The notes beneath the pieces are model-generated. The model did not search any database. It was not told the DNA's origin and was given only the letters and a program-made list of their open reading frames with translations. A DNA stretch of 64,000 bases from Marsupella aquatica (taxonomy: Eukaryota; Plantae; Marchantiophyta): NCBI GenBank assembly GCA_973895155.1, contig OZ316893.1, positions 22,417,844 to 22,481,843 of the forward strand, read 5' to 3'. The translations under genes were made by a program, and so were the position numbers. Of this stretch, positions 22,989 through 35,754 are shown one piece after another. Position 1 is the stretch's first letter. The number at the start of each line of letters is the position of its first letter.

Positions 22989-25900
22989 AGGTGACCCTTT
23001 GAATCTGAGCGAGAAGCCGCCTTAGAGGCAAAGCTAGCAACCAGTAGGCGGACAGACGAGGCTGCATACTTGAAAATGTGATCGCTCTCGAGATTCAAGC
23101 CAGTGGCCTTCAATTTGCGTTTGCTCCCTGCATTGCCAACTGCTGAGACCTGCGTTGGGGTCACGGCTAGCCGGTCATGTATCCGCGTTGGGGTCACGGC
23201 CCTGTGAAGTGAAACCAATCCCAGCCTGCACTAAAACAATCAAAACCACGCCGCTACGTGAGAAGATATAATTCGGACATCAGCCGCATAATGGCTTCTG
23301 CCCAAATGTTGTTCTATGTCAAGCACAATCAATCGGCTTCTTAGCAACAGTTTTGAAGAGCAAAGATTGGAGACTCGAAGGGAAGAAGAAACAGAGTCAT
23401 GAAGAACACAAATAAGAAGATGGTTGGAGCAAGACAACAGTTTTATAGGCACTACGGGGTAAAGCTCACATGGTATGCCAAGCGTTATGGAAGACGATGA
23501 CTGAAGCAAATGAAGTCAGCAAAAAGTGTGGTCGGCGTGTGGCAGCTCGGGAGCAGCAGCTGCAACCCAGCTGGGAGGTAACCTTCCAAGAGACTTGTCG
23601 GGCTGGCCCGGCTGTGTGTTGTATGGGCTATGAAAGCTATATTGTCCATGCAAGCTAAAAAAGCGCATTACTTGGTAGTAAATTCCTGGGATTCCAAAGT
23701 GATCTTTGAGGGATGTTTGAGTCACTTCAAAATCTCGAGCAATGGGAATAGAACACCTGCAAGCTATCGCGGTGATTCATGCCACCACAAGTAGAACACC
23801 TGCAAGCTATCGCGGTGATTCATGTCAATGCAGTAGGGTTTTAGGGGACAACCATGTCGTTGATACTTAGCCGAGCTTCAATTTACAGTAGCTACTTTGA
23901 ACTTGCAAGCCAATCTAAGTTTTCTAAGCTTCAATTTAGCTCCAGTGGTTTCAAACCAGTAATAGTTTGGACACCTATTGGTTTCGGTGCCTCTTCTTTC
24001 CAGTTCTCGACCCACTGAGAATGATTGGGAAAATCATTACCACTCCAGAACAACCTGATCCGGAACATGACCAAAATTATTCTCAGTATTCAAGGAGAAC
24101 CCAAGATCGAGTCAATTTTGTGGAGACCTCCAACTGACACGATAACATGAAATATATAAGGTGGCAGCTTGCACGAAGGACTACGTGGGAGAAGGAGGGT
24201 TTATCTCCGGATCAGAGGGTTATATTCCCACTGAGAAATGGACAACATCACGTGATTAGCACTGGTGTGCTGCCGGGACAACCCGGACGAAAGGCAAACG
24301 ATTGGAGAGGTGGTAACTCAGCTAGAGGAGTTGTGAAAGGGGACCTAAGTATACCAAGGCAGACAATGGGATTGATACCGCTGATGCATACAGCAAAGAA
24401 ATGAACTCACCTGAGAGGAGGGAATCATTCATCAGCAGCCCTGGTGCCAGTCTCACCAAAATGCTCCTGTGATTGTCACGGAGATCGTCACCAATCCTGG
24501 ATTTTACACTCTTCAAACAAGTCAAATGGTACTCAATAAAAAATTATGTGTAGGAGGTGCGCAAAGGATTGCAACGCAATGGACATCCACTATTCTTTCT
24601 GACTCGCCTTCCTCATGCATGAACCAGATGGGGAAAGCACAACTACGCAGTGTTCTCACCTCACAATGGCTGCTTTTTCCCTCGCTTATGTTCCCCCTAT
24701 CTTGCTCTCATTTCACCACAAGTCTTTTGCCTCGCGCGAAGTAGCAGTAGTAGTAGCCGTAGCCAGTTTGTTATACAAAAACGCTAGGAAACCAAATGAA
24801 GGCACGCATGCAAGTCCTCTAATCCTCTTCCTCCTCCCGGGCCTCCTCCCCCTTGTCCTCGTACTCAAGTTTGACCTTGACCTTCACCTACTTCCGCTGG
24901 TCCCCACCTTGAATGTTCTCGCTGTATTGACTCTAGCAAGCACACAGTCAAGACAAGAGCTCAGAAGTCCGATTGCGCGAAAGTAGTTGCGGCAGCATGG
25001 ATGAGACAGGGGATGAGATTGGAGTTATAACTATTGTTACATCCTTATTATACCTCTGCTTAATCGCAAAGTTGCCTGCCAACGTACATGCTGCCACCTC
25101 ACATCACTTGATCATTTTCCAAAGATAGGTTACTTTGTTGCAAAATGGATTGCTTGCAATCTGCAATGAACGAGCTGATGTTCAGAACTTGGTTCAGAAG
25201 CTTTCGGTTGCTTTATGGCATCACAATTAGATTGACAAAAAGGGATGCAAAGTAATACCTTCGAAGCTTGGGCCTCTGCCGGATTTGCTTCCTGCTCTTT
25301 GGCTTTCACCGAGTCCAACCAAGCCAAAACCCTGCATGAGAACATGTACACCAAAATTGTCAGCTACAAAAACCCACATTAAAACGGGCAGACCCACAAA
25401 AATGCACAAAAACAGAGTCACATCAGATTACGGGCAGACATTGTAACGCAGACTAGCAAGAGGGTGGCATGCACTTACTTTACCAAGCGAGGAGTCGACG
25501 GGGAGTCAAAAGCAATAAGTTGATTGTGTAAGAGCAGAGGATAACACAGGATGCACCCCGCATGCAGCCCAAAGAAGATACAAGAGCTATGGCGGATCTG
25601 AAATTGCACGACCTAAACTGGCAAGCGGGAGTGGGAGAGAGCAAGGGAGAGAGGAACGGGGAATTCCTCGCGTGACGAGGCACTGGGAGCGGGGCGAGGA
25701 GGATGAGGCAAGGGGAGCTGGTGAGCCTGCTGGTGAGTGAACCCCCGACTGAACCCGTGTGGCCAGCCCCTTGGTACCCCCCGACACCCACCCATGATCA
25801 CAAGAGCACACAAACCCTAATGCATGTATATACACCAGGCCCCGCACTAGGCCTCATACCTGGCCGTCTGATTAAAGCAAGAATTAATCTGATCCGTCTA

Positions 25901-26736
25901 TGTGGGATGATACCAAGCCCGATACCAAGTTGGCCCCAAAGACCCCCGCCCAATATCTACTCAATTCCCAAACACGTCTCCCTAAACCCATTTGCCTCAA
26001 CTTATGGATCACAAACCCTAAACCAAACTTGCCTTAGGATAGCACATAATTAAATGATTGATTTAGTACATGGACATGTGTACTAATGAGGTGATGACAT
26101 GTGGACCAACCATAGAGTGACGCGTGTCCTATGCATTTTGGGTAACCTTGCGTAAAATTCTTGTGACACATATTTGATAAGAACCTTATTATTAATATTG
26201 TGCCAAATGTATATATGGGGATGTTGCCTACTTTAAAAATTATTATAAAAATTACTTTGCAATGTATTAAAAATACCCTTGCGTCGTTCGCACGTCCGCC
26301 CTGTATTAGTAAGACTGAGGGCCCAGGGGTTCTTAGCAGAAATTGGGATACTCATATATGCAAACCTGTTGGAAAAGGAAAACCCATGTTTAGGTTTATG
26401 ATTTGTGTTAGAGAAGGAGACTGCCGTGTATGGAACAAGGCAGGGCAACAGTTATTTGGCATGGATGGTGAAGCTTTCCGATGACATTTTACAACCAAGG
26501 AGGCTGTTGAGGAATTTTGCAAGGGAATCATGTCATCAAAATGGAACCTAGTGTTGGGACAAGAACATGATCATCGACAACATGCTAGTTGGAGGTTAAT
26601 TGCTGCCGAACAAGTAATTGTTTCTCAGAACATAGTTGAAACGGAAGGAACGCAAGACGTACAAAACTTGACCTCAGAAGTGAGGAACTTAACTATTAGC
26701 AGTTCTGAGATGATAGCTCCAGCTACAAACCTCATG

Positions 26737-27211
26737 CCCGGGTATGCAACTCCCCTTTTTATAAGGCAAGTTTTTAATTCCTTATAATGGCCTTATATCC
26801 AATTGACCATCTTAGATTTCATTTTAGTCTACTAAAGTCTTGTACCTCTGAACTCAAGGAATCCAAAAATGTAACTTAAAAAAAAAACCAAACATGTTTT
26901 GATGTACAAAAAGTTGATCAAAACCAAATTATATGGGTTTTTTTTAATACAGGGGTCTACAGCCAAACTAGCCAGCTTTTTAGGATTTTTATTAAAATTT
27001 TAAAAATCTTTTAATAAAAATTACAACATGTATAGGAATATTTTTTTATTTCATATGGAAAATGAAGAAAACCAAACCTTTTTTATGACTTGAAAATTTT
27101 TTAAAGTGAAAAACCCAGGTTTTTTCAAATTTTAATTATTTTGTATAGCCAACTTTTTAGTCCATATAAAATGTAGACCCCTGTCTATTATATAAGAGTT
27201 GCGTACCCGGG
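26737..27211. mobile_element. MITE family B, copy 1 (475 bp)
   Basis: TIRs CCCGGGTATGCAACTC / GAGTTGCGTACCCGGG, 8-bp TSD ACCTCATG / ACCTCGTG (one mismatch), AT-rich interior shared with copy 2. Confidence 0.9.
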
Positions 27212-27227
27212 ACCTCGTGCAAAGATG

Positions 27228-30200
27228 TGTCGTGCAGTAATTATGGTTAACAGTTGAGTAACCACAAGTAGCAATTGAGTAACCGCGGGTAGCAGTTGCG
27301 TAAACACAGGTAGCAGTTTAGTAACCATAAACGGCGACTAAGCGGTTATGTTCGATCAGTCATTTAGATGACAATTTTGGTAGTTTAGCAGAATAGTTGG
27401 AAACTAATAGACCCTGCAGGATAACAATATTTAATCTAGCAATAAGGAAATTAAGGCAAGGTGTCACTTTTTGCAATAGGTAATTTGATCAAAAGGCAGA
27501 GCCAGACTTCCCTTGAGATGGTCAGTGGTTTGTAGAAGTGTTCCCTACTCAACTGTGAGTAGAATTTTGATGTTAAGTAAAGAAGTTATTATCGCAACCA
27601 GGAGACTTTGTTCATGGATGAGTAACAATTGCTAGTTAAGGATGTGAAAAGAGATTGAGATTGAATACGAGAGTACAAACGAAAAGTGGATGGACAAAAC
27701 TGAGAAATCTAAGAAGTAAATAGAGGGTTAAGTGAGTCAATTTGATAGATAGTACTTAGAAAGGAAGTCGTGATTGTTGAAACCACAACCTTGATAAGAA
27801 TTTATAAAGGAAATGGTAAGTCGGTCAATCATTGACTGCAAGGATGAATGAGGATTAACTCACTCAGAGTGAGGACTTTAAGGTATAATACCTTAAGGCC
27901 GGAATCAAGCAAACAGACAACTCGTAAGCAGTAGAGTCTGGTTGGAGTTTGTGTGTTTTGAGGATGACAATCTGGTTGTCATACACCTCCAACATAACGG
28001 AGTAATTGTTGAATTGGTATTTTTATTACGAATAGCTTTTCTTGAATTACCCCATTACACACGAAATTGATTGATCTCTCTAAGAGTAAATTGATGAGAC
28101 AATTGGATCTGATAAGATCACAATTCATGGAAGTATGAATCCTAACAACAAGGATAGGGACAATTACTCGCTAATTAGACTCAGACCGATTGAACTGTGG
28201 ATTTGTTCAATTGGTTCACACTTGATTACTCGTTGATTGAAGGAAGAGCGTATTCCAATTTGTATCTTTACTTACCGTGAATGGTGTGGGTTCATAGAGA
28301 TTGTGTACCCAGAAGGATTGGTCTTAACTGAGTCTATTGTACCTATTTAAGAAGTGGAAAGAAGAAGTGGATATTGAAGAACATTTAGCTGAAATCACAG
28401 ATTTGGAGAATGAGAACGATTCATCAAATTACCCTGTAGTTGGACAGTTAATCGGTTAATAGGAAGGTGAACGGGTAGAAGGAAGTTAATTATCCGCTAA
28501 TCACAAGGAGGAATTGGTGTTTAATATTTTTGGCAACCATATTGGGGAATGCCTCTTTGAAGGGTTCCATGAGAAGGAAGCTGCTAGTACTTGCAGCCCA
28601 AACCAAGAAATGGTTGGAGACAAATCAAGAAGAGAGTTCAACAGGAGAGAAACATGAGTGTGAGGAAAGAATTTTGGACATTATTCTATTTTGAGGAAGA
28701 TGCAGAACTACCTATTATTACGACACTGAATGAGGACGAGTACAAGACACTAGCCAGCGGGGAAAGCAACGCGAGAAAGGGGGATGTTTTATTGATTGCA
28801 CACACAACCGCCACGCATACTGAATTGGTGATACAAGAAGCATGAAACAGAGTGTGGGGGGTTTGCAGACGCGCAACGCATCTGCGGTCCAATTTACACA
28901 AAGTCATCAATAGCAGTGATGATGGTACCGAGCAACAATCTGCCAAAGTGTTGCATACAAAGTCGACTTCCTAAACGGAAGGTGGAGTTAAAGAAAGTGC
29001 TGGAGTGGTGTCTGTGGAATTGCAACGAGTATCCAGTAGCAATTGCACTTCAAATCAGTAGTTCAATTACTGGATGACTGAGTACAAAACTTAAGGAGAA
29101 CACAGGCGCTTGCAAAAATTGTATGCTATGGTGCAAAGAGGATAGTTTTGAGTACTATTTGTTAGCACAACTGCTGACGATGTGTTTTGAGAAGGAGTTG
29201 ATGACTCCTAAGGAATGCACGCCTGCAATTAGCGAGTAGATATTGTTCCAATGGAGCACATAGTCTCAGTTAAGTAAAGGAGACAGTATAAACCATATAT
29301 GTACTGAAGACCGTGAATTATTATTCAATTACCACAAATTTGTAAACGACTTTACTATGAAGTTTGTGAATGGAGATGGGAAGAATTGCTAAAATCTTGA
29401 TTAAATAGATGGGTAAAACACCCATTAACGAGGAAGAAATGGAAGGTGAATTCAAAGCTTTTCAAGAAAGTAGACCAAGAATAGAAATCAACAACAGAAC
29501 AGAAACATCCAGAGCACAAGAACAAGAAGAACAAGTTTCAAAAGATACAATGAAACAACTTAAGATTCAACCAATTGGAGGAAGTAACCTGAAAATAGGG
29601 CCAACTACGACACGGCGGGTCAAAATACCGATTTTTAAAGGAGCATCAGATGAAGATGCAGATACACATTTGGCTTGGTTCAAAGAGATGCTCAGAGCTA
29701 ACCATGAACAGAATGATACAGCACGATTAGAGCTATTTCCAAGTTCTTTGGATAAGGAAGCATTCGTATGGTACACAATTTCCCGCTGATCACTTTAAAA
29801 CATGGCCAGATTTTGCTAAGGAGTTTCTAGATCACTATAGGAGGGCAAAAGAGGAGTCAGATCTTTATAGTATATTACAAAATATGACACAAAAGAAGGG
29901 TGAACCGGTACAAAATTACATTGGACGATTAAAAGTAACTATGAGACGATTAACAAACAAACCTTCGGATGGTCAAAGGATTAGTTGGATGCGGAAAACG
30001 ATAAAGGGGAGTCTAGTAACAATTGTAGAACAAAATCCTACTTCCAATGCAGATGAGTGTGAAAAAAGGTTAATACGATTAGAAGGCATCACCCAAATGT
30101 TGAATCAGGAGAAAAACGAAAGTAGTAAAGATGAAGATAAAGTAAGCTGTAAGGCTAAAACAGTTAAAACTGAAAACAAAGAAACAAGAGAACGCCCTGA

Positions 30201-30240
30201 AAATAGAGAGCGAAATGAAAGCGGTAACCGTAATTATTAC
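27228..30240 (+). mobile_element. Truncated Athila/Tat-like gypsy element: putative 5' LTR, PBS-like site and frameshifted gag
   Basis: Starts TGTCG at 27228. PBS-like TGGCAACCATATTGGGGA at 28531-28548. ORFs 29409..29789 and 29884..30258 give a Retrotrans_gag pattern (PIFKGASDEDADTHL...LFPSSLDKEAFVWY...TWPDFAKEFL...QKKGEPVQNYIGRL). LTR limits are approximate. Confidence 0.7.
27251..27332. repeat. 21-bp tandem repeat x4 (CAGTTGAGTAACCACAAGTAG-like) within the putative LTR
   Basis: Read directly. Confidence 0.8.
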
Positions 30241-30255
30241 CAGCACCTTTTAATC

Positions 30256-30901
30256 TGAAGACCAGCAATCACCTTTAGGGTCATAAACTTCTGCTCCGCA
30301 TATAAGTTTACAATTGGACGCACCCCCAAAAACATAAATCTTCCCATTCATGACACCAGCACCAAAATCTTGTCTTGCTTCTCCCATTGGTGCACATTCT
30401 TTCCATTTCCTTGGTCCTACCAAATCCATCATGTATACGTTCCTTCTCCAATGTGATCGGCTCATCTCTCTAACCTCATGCAGTTTGTTAGAACGTGCTC
30501 CTCCCACAACATATATCTTGCAATCCACTGAAACAACTTGACAACGATGTGGGAAGCCTTTTCGAATGCCAGGGATTGGAGGAAGTTCAAACCAAGTTTT
30601 ACGTGTCATGGAGTATAGCCAAATCGTGATCCTGTTGTCAGCAACACCTTTTGCATGCCCATTAAACAGAAAAACAGCAAAACTCTTTTCAGAGTTACTA
30701 CGAAACTCTCGCATCCTCGACAAGATGACCCCGAATAGCCTTTTCCCAAATACTGCTTGTCAAAGAGAGCTCGGAAATTTCAGAAAAAGACAGCTTTGGA
30801 GTAATCTCGTGCAGGGTGATGTCATTGGGGATGCCTGGTAGCAGTTCTTCCTCCAGGTCCTCGTAGCTCATTGGTGGCGTTAATCGCAACCTCCCTGCCA
30901 T
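30256..30901 (-). pseudogene. F-box/kelch-repeat gene, N-terminal half, frameshifted
   Basis: F-box LLPGIPNDITLHEITPKL...WEKAI, then kelch repeats KIYVVGG...WKECAPMGEARQDF...KIYVFGG...AEVYDPKGDCWSS. Confidence 0.88.
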
Positions 30902-32920
30902 TGATTACTTACAGCCTTCCCACTGCATATATGCCACTAGTGAAACCAAAGCTGTTGGAGGTTTGATAATTCTCCTATTTCCTCCTATGGTTCATCTTTA
31001 CGTACCCAGGCTAGGGAAGGCCCCTAAGTGGGATTTTTCCCAACATGGGAGTGTGTCCATTCTGCCTTGTGAATATATGTCAAAGAGACTATATATCTCG
31101 GCAGCAGGGATGGACTGAGCTTTAATGTCCAATTTCATTTCCAAACTGAAACGAAGGACATCCGGAGCTACATAGACCAGATATCGCTGCTCTGTACTAG
31201 CTTAGTTCCAATCAAGATGTCTATTTCATTAATTTTATTCCAAGCTGAGTTTTTTCCTGAAAACGTAGAGCAAACTGGCACCTTATTTCACTGCTAACAG
31301 CAATTTTTCCTGAAATTAGGGAGTAGAATGACACCGTAAATAGAAGAAAGAAGTGAGTGGAATGTGGACCAAGGGAGCAATTTTGGACACTTTTCCCTTA
31401 TGTATCATGGGCAGTTGTAGTTTAATGTAAGGAATAAATGAAGAGTCTCACAACTTATTGTAACTAGCTAGCTATCAGAGCCATCTGAAACTCAGCCCTA
31501 AGTAATCCTTGTCTGAGTGGTAATATTCCTAAAATTACAGCTAGATCAGCAACTGTCTACCCGAGATTACAATCTTGAAAACCCTGTAACAAGCATGGTA
31601 TATAGTAGGCTACTATAAATATAATTGTCTTTCATAGAGAGATCCAGTACTTAAGCAATAAAATGTACCGGACCATGAAAGTATGATAAATTTTATTAGA
31701 GTGATTACTTGGGTACGTTGGACCTGACTTTTGTGATTTGGTTTGCTGGGTCCAACCAGCACCCCTCTTACAGTAACCAAACCCAGTAGGGCTTAGAGAT
31801 GCTCTAATAAATTATTGGATGGAAATCTCATCCTAGTTTACGAAACAAACAAAGAGAGAAAAAGTTGCAAGGATGAACCAGGGTGTTGTCTACAACTAAC
31901 AATTACTTGGAGGACTTTTCCTACAAATCACTCCAAACGAACAAAAAGCACCTATTCTGTTCGTAGCTTGGTAGGTGCGGTTACTTTGTGACTTGTTTCG
32001 GAGGGCTAGTTACCTGTAGCTTATGTTGTGCATATGTCTTGGATTTTCTTGTTTTGGAGGGCTAGCTTATGTCCTGGATTTATCCTCGGGGGTTTCACTT
32101 CTACAAAAATGGCATATCACGTGCGATGAAAGATAGGGTCATTTTATTGGTTTTAAAGGAAGACTTAAGAATTTTTGTAGAAAAACAATAGGTATTTTAA
32201 ACTCAATTTTGAGACTTATAAGAATATTAGAGTAAAAATTAAGGGTAAAAAATAGGGGTAAAAAATATTTTTAAATAAATTTTCTTACATTTTAGGGGGT
32301 CTGAGGCCTAAAAACATCGCAGGTGATGGGGAGGTCCCCATATAGTGATACCCCGAGGATTTATCTTGGATTTTTTGTTTCTACCACTTGGCCATCTTTC
32401 TATTCCATGTGTCCTACTGGCCAAAGTAGGTTTTTGGTGTTTGTTGCTGGTGTACTCTTAACCTGTGTAGTTGATCCTGGAGGTCTTTAGACTTAGTTTC
32501 CCCTTTGCAAAGGTTTCATGTTTCTCGTTTTGGCCTTCTGGGCCGTTTGGACCCCTTCTCCTTGTTTTATAAAATCCTGGCCGGGGGGGTTAATTTACTC
32601 CATATTTTGGAATACCATATGTGATCCTAGCTTAACCTCAATACTCATATTTTATAAAGATAACCTTCTAGGAATATATTGTTTCTCACAATGTCACTAT
32701 TTTCAGTTTAATTTTGATTCTGTAAGAAAATTAACCCAAGTCACCTTAGTCCTTTGCATCCAATGGCTGTCATTGCACTTAGTGTTGCAAGTGTCCGTCA
32801 TGCCCAATCTCCCTCAAACTTACTTTGATTGACCACCCTTGCCTACAACCTCTGCCTCAGTATGTCTTGCAACATGTCCAGCCTGTGCACATGGCCCTGA
32901 TTCTGTGCGCAGGGAGAGGC

Positions 32921-33409
32921 CCCGGGTATGCAACTCCTCTTTTTATAAGGCAGGTTTTCAATTCCTTATAATGGCCTTATATCCAATTGATCATCTTAGA
33001 TTTCATTTTAGTCTAATAAAGTCTTGTACCTCCCAACTCAAGGAATCCAAAAATGCAACTTAAAAATAAACTAAATATGTTTTGATATACAAAAAGTTGA
33101 TCAAAACCAAATTATATGGGTTTTCTTTATACAAGGGTCTACTAACAGCCAAACTAGCCAGCTTTTTAGATTCTTATTAAAATTTTAAAAATCTTTTACT
33201 AAAAATGACATGTGTAGGAAACTAAGGTTTTAATTTTTGTATGGAAAATTAAAGAAGAAAACCAAACTTTTTATATGAACTTGAAATTTTTAAAAAGGTT
33301 AGTGGAAAAACCCAGGTTTTTTCAAATTTTAATTATTTTGTATAGCCAACATTTTAGTTCACATGAAAATGTAGACCCCTGCCTATTATACAAGAGTTGT
33401 GTACCCTGG
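32921..33409. mobile_element. MITE family B, copy 2 (489 bp)
   Basis: TIRs CCCGGGTATGCAACTC / GAGTTGTGTACCCTGG and a perfect 8-bp TSD GGAGAGGC (32913-32920, 33410-33417). Confidence 0.9.
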
Positions 33410-34910
33410 GGAGAGGCCATGCCGTGGGAGAGGTTATGCAATCTGAACAGAGGTCATGCCTGGGATGGACATAGGCCAAGCAAGTGAAGCCAACCCACTC
33501 CTCATCCCTTGTATGGTCAAAGTCACATTGAAGGAGACTGGAGCCATACAACTGCAACAAGGAGATGATTGTCATTGCATGAGAGGGGGCTAAACTGGCA
33601 TAATTTTCTCTAATGAAAAACTGACATTGTGATTAATAGAAACCAAACATGTGGCAAGTGGGGTGGCAAGGTACATATTATGTCACAGATGAATGGCAAT
33701 CTAGTAAATCCCAGTTAAAAGATTTAAGGGTTTACCTTTTGCCCAAACCAGCTATCTTACCAAGTGCACAACCATTATGGTCAGGCTCAGTAAAGTTTTC
33801 CATATAGTGGTCAATCAAAGGTGAGTTAACATTCAGACACTGCTTCAGCGGACTCACATTTAGAAGACACCCTAACTAAAAGCAATCCCAACCAGTCATT
33901 TTTTCTTGTTTAATTTTGTTTCCAAAGGTGGCCAATAGTTTTAAAATGGGGCAAGATTCTACACCAAGGAAAGGCATTCAGCTTACTATAGTTATTAGAC
34001 AGTATGGATGGTCAGTTGTCTAGCTAGTACACTTGGTACTTTTTTGGCAAACCCTCTCTGCACCATGGATTCAATGGCAGCCGATAGGAGAGATTTCTCC
34101 AAAGATTAGCCCCAGTACCATTTTCCGGCCTTATTCTAGGTTCATGGTGAATAGTTGCCCTCGAAAAAATAGCTGGCCCCAACGCTCAAAGGATACATTT
34201 TCTTAGTGGTGGCTATTAGCAACTTTCTGGTTGAAAGAAGCATACAATATTATCTAGTCTTAAGTGTGCCTTCTTAGTCTTAGGCTATTTCTGCGGGGCT
34301 TTCTAGTTAATGAGACTTACTCATCTAAAACCCATAAACACTGAAACCTTCTAAGCAATGCAGATATATATTTAAACTCCTTAACTTGATTCCAGTTGTC
34401 TAGTGGAGGGGAGAGCAATAATCTCAGCATTGAGGAGCTCCCTTAATTAATTAATCCATAGAAATAAAATAGAATGTTAAGAAAAACAGAATAGGTGGCA
34501 CAAAATCAGAAATGAATACAAGGACTAGCACACCATCCAGAGTAAGAAGAATTTTATAATTACGCAATGCATAAAAACAAAATGTTAAGAAAAACCTGAT
34601 AATGTCTCATAAAATTAGAAATGAAATATAACGGCTAGCGTGTCCTCTTGAATAAGAGGAATTGAAAAGTAAACAAGGTGAACGTAATTTACAAATTCAA
34701 AATTATACAAAGCTAACCTACACATGTTGTAGACCAGATTCACATAAAAATTCTCCGTAAGTAACTCAAATAAGACAAGATAGCAGGAGAGGGTTCCGCC
34801 ATATAACTATTACAGCAGAGCCGTATATAACTATTACAGCAGAGCCATATAGTTCTGGAGCTGCTATTTTCCAAACAAAAATAAAGGAGGAAAAAAAGGC
34901 TTTTGAGTAG

Positions 34911-35491
34911 TCAATCAAATCCATGCTTTTCATCTGGTTGTGACAGTTGGGGAGGAGCTTTTTGTCCAGGGCTCGATCACTCGTGACTCCACTGATAGAG
35001 AAATTGATGATCCAAATCAGATTAATAATATACTTGAGAATCCGCTTCAGTCTGTGAAGATCTATCACCCTGGCAAGGATGAGTGGAGGTTGATGGAGCC
35101 TTGGGGGATTGATGTTCGTGTGGGAGGCGATTTGGGAGCATTTTTTGCTGTCCAAGGAAATTTCTATCACATGAGTCCGATTGGAATTTATATCTATAGT
35201 ATAGAAAATCAGTCATGGTCACTTGTTCAATCATGTTCCTTTACTAATAGTCAAGGACGGTTGCAACATGGGCACAATGTGAGAAGCGCTCTTTCTGTGG
35301 CAAAGGAGCTTTTAGCAGTAGTAAGAACAGATTATAGTTTCTTGAATTGTGAAGAATACCTCCTACATACAAGAGGGTTTGGTCAGAACAACAAACATAT
35401 CAACCGGGAGATGATAGTAGAATGGCCTCCTCTAAGTCCCAAGGCAGTGCCTGGACACAGTGTAGCCTATCAGTTGCTCTGTTCAATTTAA
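34911..35491 (+). pseudogene. F-box/kelch-repeat gene, C-terminal half
   Basis: SIKSM...HLVVTVGEELFVQG...VKIYHPGKDEWRLM...IYIYSIENQSWSLV kelch-type blades; no start or F-box upstream on this strand. Confidence 0.7.
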
Positions 35492-35754
35492 TTTTTAGCA
35501 ATGCATGGCCGAATATATCATTGCCTCACCAATTAATAAATTTTGGCATGCATCATTTTCCAATAATTTGAACACTTTAATTTGATCTTCGAAGACATCT
35601 CTTTTCTTCCGGCTAGTGTCAAGGATCAATCGAATCATATGGAAATATGGAAATATCTTTTGTTTGTTTGTAGAATGGATCAAAACCATTAGCACCTCGG
35701 GTGCCTAGCTAGGATTCAAAGTGTTTCTCAATAGCCCACACGTGCGTTCGATCA

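Larger units (their letters stand above)
11761..26328 (-). mobile_element. Full-length P-element-like DNA transposon (14,568 bp including the nested 4-kb insert)
   Basis: Left end CCCTAGGCCCTCA at 11761, right end TGAGGGCCCAGGG ending 26328, perfect 8-bp TSD GTTCTTAG (11753-11760, 26329-26336). It contains the transposase described next. Confidence 0.9.
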
